A program made the translations under genes and the position numbers. Positions 1-6,769 of a stretch of DNA of 14,482 nucleotides are shown piece after piece (the first letter of the stretch is position 1; every line of letters starts with the position of its first letter). The stretch is from Candidatus Eiseniibacteriota bacterium (lineage in GTDB: Bacteria; Eisenbacteria; RBG-16-71-46; DASYSL01), in assembly GCA_046598045.1 (NCBI GenBank), contig JBKJJJ010000131.1, positions 1 to 14,482 on the forward strand, given 5' to 3'. The notes under the pieces were generated by a model, which had not been told where the DNA came from, ran no database searches, and saw only the letters and a list, made by a program, of their open reading frames with translations.

Positions 1-322
1 GGCGCGCCGCCGCCTCGATGCGGGCCGCGCTCGCGCCGTCCAGGCTCGAGTTGAGGAACGCGGCGCGCACGCCGAGCTGGGCGAGCGCGTCGACCTGGTC
101 CTGCATGAGCGCGATCAGGGGCGAGATCACGACCCCGACGCCCGGGCGCAGGAGGGCGGGGATCTGGTAGCACAGCGACTTGCCGCCGCCCGTCGGCATC
201 AGGACGAGCGCATCGCCGCCCGAGACGACGTGACGGATGATGGTCTCCTGCTCCCCGCGGAACGCGTGGTAGCCGAACACGGAGGCGAGAACTTCGTGGG
301 CGTCCGAGAACGCGGTCTTCAT
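1..322 (-). CDS. recQ: ATP-dependent DNA helicase RecQ, N-terminal part (runs off the left edge)
   Basis: Manual translation from ATG at 322: MKTAFSDAHEVLASVFGYHAFRGEQETIIRHVVSGGDALVLMPTGGGKSLCYQIPALLRPGVGVVISPLIALMQDQV... It shows RecQ motif 0 (FGYxxFRxxQ), Walker A (MPTGGGKSLCYQ) and motif Ia (VISPLIALMQDQV). GGAG lies 5 nt upstream of the ATG. Confidence 0.96.
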   Translation of the reverse strand, partial: MKTAFSDAHEVLASVFGYHAFRGEQETIIRHVVSGGDALVLMPTGGGKSLCYQIPALLRPGVGVVISPLIALMQDQVDALAQLGVRAAFLNSSLDGASAARIEAAAR

Positions 323-330
323 CGTGGCTC

Positions 331-372
331 CATAGTAAAGCCGCCCCGGACAGAACGGGTCCGGGGCGGCTT
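331..372 (-). terminator. Probable intrinsic terminator downstream of the PLD gene
   Basis: Perfect 14-bp inverted repeat AAGCCGCCCCGGAC (338-351) / GTCCGGGGCGGCTT (359-372) with a 7-nt loop, 25 nt past the stop at 398. On the minus strand it ends in a weak U tract (UUUACUAU). Confidence 0.75.
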
Positions 373-397
373 CCTTCCTGCGGGAGCGCGGCGTTTG

Positions 398-2797
398 CTA
401 CGGAATCCGCACGACCTTCCGGTCGATGTGCGCCTGGTCGACCGTCGCGCGCGCCAGGTAGACGCCCGGCGCGACGATGCGGCCGTCGTCATCGAGCCCG
501 TTCCACGTCGCGCGGACCGTGCCCGGGGCGGCGGCGCGATCGAGCACCGTGCGCACCTTGCGGCCCGAGACCGAGTACAGGTCGACGCGCACCCGCGCGC
601 CGGCCGAGATCGTCGAAGGCACGTCGACCGCAAACGCGGTGACCGCGCCCGAGAGCGCCGGGTTCGGGGACGGCGCGGCGAACGCGAACGAGCCGCCCGT
701 GGCCGGGACGCCAACGGTGAGGTCCGCCGTGCCGCCCGCCGCCTGGTAGCGCCTCGCCCACGCCTGCTGGTACAGGTTCGCGATCCTCTGGCTGTGGAAG
801 ATGATCGAGTTCTCGTCGTTCACCGTGTTCGCGGCGTTCGACCAGTTGTACGAACCGGTGATCAGCGTCGGGTCGCTCAGCGTGCGGCCCTCGTCGATGA
901 TCATGTACTTGTCATGGTTCATGCCGGTCTCGGTGTCGGTGAACACGTCGGCCGGCGGTGTGAACACGGTGCCGCTCAGGCCCTTCATCTCGGGCCACGC
1001 CGCGCCCGTGTCGCCGATCGATCCGGCATCGAACACCCCGCGCAGGTAGAAGCCGGGGACCGTGTTCCACTTCGAGCGGAACGCCTCCTCGATCGGGTTC
1101 GAGGTGAAAGCCAGGATCGAGAAGTCGATGCCCCAGTCCGCGGTGCCGATGTACGAGGTGTACTTGCCCTCGACTCCATCCGACGGCGCGAAGTAGACCT
1201 CGATCGGGATCCCGTTGACGTGGAAGGAGTGCGGCGTGTTGTCGACCTTGCGGTTGCCCATCTTCGACGTGAGCGAGTTCGGCGTATCCGTATCCGAGCC
1301 CCACATCTCGTTGAACTCGGCCAGGTAGCACTGCGCGATCCCGAAATCCTGGATCTCGAGGCTGTTGTTCGAGTCGGTGAAGAACTGCGTGGTCGTGAAG
1401 TTCGTCGATCCCGTCCACAGCCAGTCGTTCGAGGCATCGGCGTCCCGCCCGTCCACGACGCAGAACTTGTTGTGCATGATGCCCTGCGCGTGGCTCCCGC
1501 CATAGGTGCTGGTGATCACCGGGATGCCGGCGGCGCGCAGGCGGTTCGCCTCGGTCTGGTTGTTTCCGGCGTCGATGATGTAGCGCACCTTGATGCCGGC
1601 GGTCCAGCGGGCGATCAGCGCGTCGGTGAACGTCGGCGCGATGAACGAGTAGGCGGCGAGATCGATCGAGTAGGTCGCGCGATTGATGAACGCGATCGCG
1701 CGGGCCTGGATGTCGACGTTGCCCTGCGCCGTGTCGGGGTTCGCGAGCGAGGCGTCGATCGACTTGTTGAAAAAGAAGTTGATCTGGCCCGGCTGGTTCG
1801 ACGGCGTGGCAAACGAGAAGTCCCCGCTCTGCCGCCCGCCCAGGGGGTCGATCGACGTGACCCGGTAGTGATAGAGCTTGTTCGGGGTCAGCGGAGCGAG
1901 ATGGATCAGGTGCGAGGTCACGAGAGCCGAATCCCCGACCGTCGTGCCGTAGGCGGTGGTCAGGCCGTACTCGACGATGCTCGAGCTGGCGCTGTCGGTG
2001 CCCCACGTGATGTCGGCCGAGACCGAGTCCACGTTGACCGCAGTCGGCACGCCGACGAAGTTCGGACCGGGCGTCAGCGGCACGATGTCGGACTTGAAGC
2101 GCGGCCGAATCTCGTAACCGGTGGTGAACGGCGCCGCCGACTTGAACTGGCTCAGGATGCCCGTGACGTTGAACGGCCCGCTCGGGTTCGACGAGCCGCA
2201 CACGGGCCCGTCCTTGTCGATGAACAGGTTGATGGTCACGCCGGAGGCGTCCGTGATCGTGACCGTCGTGTTCACGCCCGCGCACACGGCCGGCCAGGTG
2301 CCGCCGTTGACCGTCACGTTGTTGATCGTGATCAGGCTGCTCTCGAGATCTTCGCGAAAGTTGCTGAAGTTGAACGTCGAGTCGCGCACCTGCCTGCACG
2401 TGCGCACCACGGGAACGATCAGCCCGTAGTTTCCGCTCGAATGGGTCGTGACGATCGATGCGTTCGAGATCTCGGTCAGCCCATTGAACTGCACGATCTG
2501 TCCGGTCACCGTCACGCTGTCGCCGAGGACGTAGTGGTAGGTCGCGACTCCGGCCGAGCGGAAGACCGTCACTGCGCCGGTCGGGTCCTGGACCTGCACC
2601 TCGTTGTTGGTCTTCGAAAAGGTGCTGTCGGGCGTAGTCACGACGCCGGTCACGGTCACGGTGGTGCCGACCGCGTACGGGGCGTTCTGGACGCCGCTCG
2701 AGGTGTTGACGTGGAGATCGCCGATCGGCACCGCGAAGGAGGTCGCCGCCGCGGCCAGGAGAAACGCAGGGATCAAGAGCAGGGGCGCGTGGCGCAT
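398..2797 (-). CDS. Secreted phospholipase D-superfamily (Nuc-like) protein, 799 aa: signal peptide, double OB-fold module, FN3-like domain, two HKD domains, FlgD/T9SS-like CTD; putative extracellular nuclease
   Basis: Start reassigned to ATG 2797 (MRHAPLLLIPAFLLAAAATSFA signal peptide; GGAGG 6 nt upstream). Two HxKxxxxD motifs: HNKFCVVD (1451-1474) followed by TGSTNFT, and HDKYMIID (893-916) followed by TGSYNWS...NDEN. FN3-like ITWGTD...VEYG...LTPNKLYHYRV. CTD: PSPNP...LYSVSGRKVRT...WNGLDDDG...GVYLAR...RKVV. Confidence 0.9.
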   Translation of the reverse strand: MRHAPLLLIPAFLLAAAATSFAVPIGDLHVNTSSGVQNAPYAVGTTVTVTGVVTTPDSTFSKTNNEVQVQDPTGAVTVFRSAGVATYHYVLGDSVTVTGQIVQFNGLTEISNASIVTTHSSGNYGLIVPVVRTCRQVRDSTFNFSNFREDLESSLITINNVTVNGGTWPAVCAGVNTTVTITDASGVTINLFIDKDGPVCGSSNPSGPFNVTGILSQFKSAAPFTTGYEIRPRFKSDIVPLTPGPNFVGVPTAVNVDSVSADITWGTDSASSSIVEYGLTTAYGTTVGDSALVTSHLIHLAPLTPNKLYHYRVTSIDPLGGRQSGDFSFATPSNQPGQINFFFNKSIDASLANPDTAQGNVDIQARAIAFINRATYSIDLAAYSFIAPTFTDALIARWTAGIKVRYIIDAGNNQTEANRLRAAGIPVITSTYGGSHAQGIMHNKFCVVDGRDADASNDWLWTGSTNFTTTQFFTDSNNSLEIQDFGIAQCYLAEFNEMWGSDTDTPNSLTSKMGNRKVDNTPHSFHVNGIPIEVYFAPSDGVEGKYTSYIGTADWGIDFSILAFTSNPIEEAFRSKWNTVPGFYLRGVFDAGSIGDTGAAWPEMKGLSGTVFTPPADVFTDTETGMNHDKYMIIDEGRTLSDPTLITGSYNWSNAANTVNDENSIIFHSQRIANLYQQAWARRYQAAGGTADLTVGVPATGGSFAFAAPSPNPALSGAVTAFAVDVPSTISAGARVRVDLYSVSGRKVRTVLDRAAAPGTVRATWNGLDDDGRIVAPGVYLARATVDQAHIDRKVVRIP

Positions 2798-2920
2798 TAC
2801 GATCCTCCGTCGGGGGACGGTCCATGTGAGATACGAATGGGACCCGCGTGCACGTGGCACGCGGGTCCGGAACTCGAATTCAAGGGCGGGACCTGAAGCG
2901 CGGGGAGTCCCCCGCGTAGG

Positions 2921-3008
2921 CAAAAGGAAACCGGGCGACCGGCAGAGGGGGTAGCCTGCGGAGTGACCACCCCGAAACCCTGCAGACGGTAGAGTCGCCC
3001 GGTCCTTT
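2921..3008 (-). other. Long imperfect RNA hairpin with pyrimidine tail (terminator-like or cis-regulatory RNA)
   Basis: Outer 10-bp perfect stem 2930-2939/2994-3003. Inner stems 2942-2947/2978-2983 and 2948-2956/2965-2973 pair fully only on the minus strand, through three G-U pairs. The minus strand ends in UUUCCUUUUG. Confidence 0.55.
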
Positions 3009-3054
3009 GGGACACGGCGGCCAACCTGCTCAGGCCGCTAGATCCGAACCGTGG

Positions 3055-5106
3055 TTATTCTGCCACCACGAGTTTCCCGGTTGCAACCACATTCCCGAAC
3101 TTCAACTGGACAAAGAAGATACCGCTGCTGAACCGACCGCCCGACAGGCTGCGTCCGTCGATCGAGAGGCTCTGCGGACCCGCCGCCATCTGCACCTCGC
3201 TCGCCGGCTCGGCGACCAGGCGACCGTTGATGTCGTAGACCCGCGCCGTGACCTTGCCAGCCGTCGGCAGGTTGAACCGCAGCAGCGCCTTGTTGCCACG
3301 CGCGAACGACACCGGCGTCGGTGCGATCGAGTTGAGGCGGAAGCCGAGCGTTCCCGTGCCCGGCTCGACGCCGACCAGCTGGTCGGAAATGTCGGCCGAG
3401 TCCCGCGGGTTCACCGTGAACTGGCCGAACGAGTCGTTGACCATGCCGCGCAGGAACGGCACCACGGTCGAGTTGGCCGCGCCGCGCGAGTACAGGTACT
3501 GGTGGCGGAACATGGTGTCGTCGACGCGGACCGTGTCGCCCGTGCCGCCGGCGCCCTGGAGCAGGAACTGGCCGTTCGGCAGCGAATCCTGGGCAACGAA
3601 CGCGTTGTCGATCTCGACCAGCATGCCCTCATAGCGCTCGCCCGGGAAAGGCTCGACGCCCGTGAGGGGGCCCACGGCGCCCGGAGTCACGACGATCGGA
3701 GCGGGCAGCGCCACGTTGGTGGCATTGACCAGCTGGTAGTCGAGCCCGGCGTATTCGGTCGCCTGCGAAGCCGCGCCGAATTCGGTGATGGTACCGGAGA
3801 CGGTCACGTCATCGGTGCGGCTCAGGTCGTTGATCGGGGCGAAGATGATCATGCCCGAAGACGGGTTCGTGGCGGTCCCGTTCTGGATGTAATAGGTGTT
3901 GTTGTCGCGGGCGGTGATGACCCCCCGAACCGTGACCTGCTCGAACGTGAACTGCGACGAGTCGCTGGTCGCCGGGTGGAAGGGCGGGTTGACCGTGTAG
4001 TTGGTCTGGACCGCGGTGATCGGCGTGATGCCGGCGCGGAACGTCTGCTTCGCGGCGGCGGACATGACCACGCCGAGCGACGACTTGACGCCGCTGGCGG
4101 TGATCTCCTCGGCCTCGGCCGGGACCTGCGGATCGACCACGGTCGTGAGGTCGACGTTCTGGTTACCCGCGCCGACGATCGCGGCCGAGTCGATGGCCTT
4201 GAGCGTGATGCGCGAGTAGTTCGCCGGGTTGTTCGCGGTCGTCGGGTCGAGCGCGCGGTCGAACAGCAGGCGGATGCCCGTGTTGCTCGTCGCCCAGGCG
4301 TTGAGCAGCGTCGGCGGCGAGGGCTGGACGATGTCCGCGCCGTCCCGCAGCTCGATGTGGTAGCCGCGCGTCGACTGATTGCAGATGCCCTTGACCGACG
4401 AGACGATCACGCCCAGCGCCGGCGAATTGACCGTCGGGTTCGCCAGGATGTTGCCGTCGATGCGCACCGAGTCGAACGCGCTTGCGGCCGGCAGTGTGGG
4501 GTCGACGGTCAGGTACTGGGCCGGCGCGAAGCCGGCCGAGGTGCCGCTGGTGAAGATGGGGACGCGCGCGGTACGGGCACTGCCCGAGAGCGCCACGAGC
4601 GTACCTTCGTACCTTTCGGCCACCGCGTAGGCCGCGAGCTCGTTCATGTTCGAGAAATTGACCGAGAGCGGCGCCGGGACCGGGGCCGTGCCGATCTTGG
4701 TCGTGGTCGGGACGATGCCGAACGCGCTCCCCGTCCTCGAGATGATTTCCGTGCCGCCCTGGAATTCGGTGATGCGGCCGGTCACGGTGATGACGTCACC
4801 GCGCGCATAACCCGAGTCGGCGTAGACGTTCGAACCGCCCGTGAAGACCTGGACGCCCGAGAAGAAACCGCTCGCGGCATCCTGAATGTAGAAACCGTAG
4901 CCGCTGCCGCGCGTGTCCGCGCCGGTGATGATGCCGGTCGTGGTCACGGTGTCCGTGGCGCCATCGACGTGGCCAACCGAAGTCGTGTCCTGGATCTGAT
5001 AGATCGTGACTGTCCGCTGAACGGCGGACGAGGGCGTCGCGAGAAGGGCGAGCAGGAACGCGGCGGGAGCCGCGAGTGCCAGGCCCCTGAGACACGAACG
5101 AAACAT
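3055..5106 (-). CDS. Secreted tandem OB-fold protein, 683 aa: signal peptide, two YhcR/ExeM-like double-OB modules separated by an Ig-like domain, FlgD/T9SS-like CTD; putative nucleic-acid-binding protein
   Basis: ATG 5106 with GGAGG 7 nt upstream and a hydrophobic signal peptide. Module 1: TIYQIQ...VTTTGIIT...GFYIQD...SGVQVF...GDVITVTGRITEF...ERYEGTLV. Module 2: ITAVQ...VTVRGVIT...YYIQN...SGMIIF...DDVTVSGTITEF...ERYEGMLV. Ig-like PPTLL...IRLLFDRALD...ANY. CTD: VYDINGRLV...SSGIFFVQL...GKLVV. Confidence 0.85.
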   Translation of the reverse strand: MFRSCLRGLALAAPAAFLLALLATPSSAVQRTVTIYQIQDTTSVGHVDGATDTVTTTGIITGADTRGSGYGFYIQDAASGFFSGVQVFTGGSNVYADSGYARGDVITVTGRITEFQGGTEIISRTGSAFGIVPTTTKIGTAPVPAPLSVNFSNMNELAAYAVAERYEGTLVALSGSARTARVPIFTSGTSAGFAPAQYLTVDPTLPAASAFDSVRIDGNILANPTVNSPALGVIVSSVKGICNQSTRGYHIELRDGADIVQPSPPTLLNAWATSNTGIRLLFDRALDPTTANNPANYSRITLKAIDSAAIVGAGNQNVDLTTVVDPQVPAEAEEITASGVKSSLGVVMSAAAKQTFRAGITPITAVQTNYTVNPPFHPATSDSSQFTFEQVTVRGVITARDNNTYYIQNGTATNPSSGMIIFAPINDLSRTDDVTVSGTITEFGAASQATEYAGLDYQLVNATNVALPAPIVVTPGAVGPLTGVEPFPGERYEGMLVEIDNAFVAQDSLPNGQFLLQGAGGTGDTVRVDDTMFRHQYLYSRGAANSTVVPFLRGMVNDSFGQFTVNPRDSADISDQLVGVEPGTGTLGFRLNSIAPTPVSFARGNKALLRFNLPTAGKVTARVYDINGRLVAEPASEVQMAAGPQSLSIDGRSLSGGRFSSGIFFVQLKFGNVVATGKLVVAE

Positions 5107-5231
5107 CGGGCAACCTCCAGGAGAATGCGAGCAGGGTTCGCCGGGGGAATGTGATGCGGCCGAGGCCGCGTTTCCGGACGGAATGACGGTCGTCTGGAAG
5201 GCGTGGAATGTCCGAAACCGAAATCGCGGTG

Positions 5232-5260
5232 AAGATAAGCCAAAACCCTACGAATGTCAA
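5232..5260 (-). promoter_or_regulatory. sigma70-type promoter for the OB-fold gene
   Basis: Minus strand TTGACA (5260-5255), 17-nt spacer, TATCTT (5237-5232): a perfect -35 and a TAnnnT -10 in an AT-richer intergenic patch about 125 nt upstream of the 5106 start. Confidence 0.8.
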
Positions 5261-5270
5261 GGGGTTTGGC
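5239..5270. repeat. 11-bp imperfect inverted repeat overlapping the promoter (operator and/or terminator of the upstream operon)
   Basis: GCCAAAACCCT (5239-5249) / AGGGGTTTGGC (5260-5270), one mismatch, 10-nt spacer holding most of the -35. Followed on the minus strand by TTATCTT. Confidence 0.6.
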
Positions 5271-5299
5271 GATCGGATGCGGGCTTGCTCCTGAATCCG

Positions 5300-6769
5300 T
5301 TAAGGGGAAATTCCGTGCCCAAAGCGTGCCAGGATCTTGCGCAGGGTGCGCTCCCCGTAATTCCCGTCCGGGGCGGGCGACGGGGCCCCGGTGGGGGTGC
5401 CGCCGAGCAGGCGCAGCGGGAACATGAGCGCGACGATCCGGCCCGTGCCCCCCGCCGGCACACGGTCGACGCCCACCACCCAGTCCTCGGTCTGCGTCGA
5501 GTCGAGGATGATCGGGCGCGCGAGGAACGCAGCGTCGGAGGCGGTCTTGAGGATCAGCGCCTCCACCCCCGTCGAGATCGCGACCGAACGCAGGGAATCG
5601 TACGGAGTCGTCGGGCCCGGGGTCAGGACCTGTCCGTTGCCGATGACGAAGTTCGTGTTCTGGCTCGTGAGGTTGAACCGCACCGAGTCCGCCCCGACGA
5701 TCTCGCCCAGGAACGCGGTCGAGGCGAACGCCCCGTTGGTCCCGACCAGGTTCTGGCTCGAGATGTAGAAATTGCCGCCGCCGGCGAGCAGCCCGCGAAT
5801 CGCCGGCTCGGAGAGCGCGAGCGCGCTCGAGCGCACCGTGTTGTTCTCCTGGTACCAGAACACCGAGCGGAACAGTCCGAACGAATAGGTCAGGTCGGCG
5901 ACCGAACGGAACGGGTTGTTCACCTCGAGGTTGAGCTTCGTGTAGCTACCCGCCCCGAGCTGGCGATCGAGCGCGTTCACGTACATGGGATCGACCGCGG
6001 CCGAGAGCGCCGCCGGGTCGTCGTCGACCAGCAACACCTGCCCGGTCGGGGCAATCACGTTCCAGGTGAACGAGTCGGGCAGGCTGACCGCCCCGCCGTC
6101 GTCGATGCACCGGATGTGCACGGTGTGGGGGCCCGCGAAGTAGCCGCCCGCGCCGTCCGCGAACAGGCTCGGGGGCAGCGTGTACGACGTGCTCGCCGGT
6201 ACGAGCGCGCCGCCCGCCTCGTTGCCGTCGAGCCAGATCAGGAAGTGCGCGAGATTGATGTCGCCATCGGGATCGCTCGCGCTCCACTTGATGGTGGCCA
6301 CCGGGAGCGTGGTCGAGGGCAGGACCGGGCTCCCGATCAGGCGCACGGTCGGCGCGCCGTTGCTGAACTGGAACGTCTGCCGCGCCGGGGTCGGGTCGGG
6401 CTCGCCGTCGTTGTCCACCGCGCGGACCACGAACGTCGGCATGGCATAGCCGCTCGGCGAATAGATCGCGAAGGTCGAGTCGTGGCGCGTGGTCGAGAGC
6501 CAGGCGCTCGAGTCGTAGCCCGCGGGTCCCTGCCCCGCCGGGTAGACGAAACGGTAGTCGAAGCGCACGACCTCGCCGTCGGGGTCGGAGCCGAACCAGC
6601 GCAGCGTCACGACGTGGTTCACGGTGTCGACCGGGCCCTCGACGAACACGATCGTCTCGGGCGGCAAGTTCGGGCCCATCGTGCCCTTGACGCCGCAACC
6701 GGCGGCGAACAGCGCGGCGGCAGAGAGCGTCACGGCGAGGGCGAGCAGGAGAACGCGCGGGCGGATCAT
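5300..6769 (-). CDS. Lipoprotein, 489 aa, two Ig/FN3-like repeats plus a C-terminal alpha/beta domain of unknown function
   Basis: Lipobox AAGC after a hydrophobic stretch. Repeated unit W-x-[GA]-SDPDG...[TH]xxxR[AC][VI]D[ND][DG]G (LRWFGSDPDG...TFVVRAVDNDG; IKWSASDPDG...HTVHIRCIDDGG), then VLLVDDD. Start overlaps the upstream stop (ATGA, 6766-6769). Confidence 0.85.
   Translation of the reverse strand: MIRPRVLLLALAVTLSAAALFAAGCGVKGTMGPNLPPETIVFVEGPVDTVNHVVTLRWFGSDPDGEVVRFDYRFVYPAGQGPAGYDSSAWLSTTRHDSTFAIYSPSGYAMPTFVVRAVDNDGEPDPTPARQTFQFSNGAPTVRLIGSPVLPSTTLPVATIKWSASDPDGDINLAHFLIWLDGNEAGGALVPASTSYTLPPSLFADGAGGYFAGPHTVHIRCIDDGGAVSLPDSFTWNVIAPTGQVLLVDDDPAALSAAVDPMYVNALDRQLGAGSYTKLNLEVNNPFRSVADLTYSFGLFRSVFWYQENNTVRSSALALSEPAIRGLLAGGGNFYISSQNLVGTNGAFASTAFLGEIVGADSVRFNLTSQNTNFVIGNGQVLTPGPTTPYDSLRSVAISTGVEALILKTASDAAFLARPIILDSTQTEDWVVGVDRVPAGGTGRIVALMFPLRLLGGTPTGAPSPAPDGNYGERTLRKILARFGHGISP

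Noticed and set aside
1..1790. PLD nuclease plus helicase as an anti-phage defence pair
   Set aside because: The PLD protein has a signal peptide and a secretion CTD, the helicase looks like ordinary RecQ, and a terminator-like hairpin separates them.
2798..2923. ORF-track N-terminal extension of the PLD gene (similar extensions at 8833..8859, 10906..11202 and 13679..13903)
   Set aside because: Downstream starts give proper signal peptides and, for most, an SD or stop/start coupling. The extensions run through hairpins or overlap neighbouring genes.
2840..3038. Known riboswitch, SRP RNA, tRNA or CRISPR array in the hairpin-rich spacer
   Set aside because: I could not match a c-di-GMP, TPP, cobalamin, SAM or SRP consensus. 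There is no cloverleaf, and the hairpins differ in sequence, so there is no repeat-spacer array.
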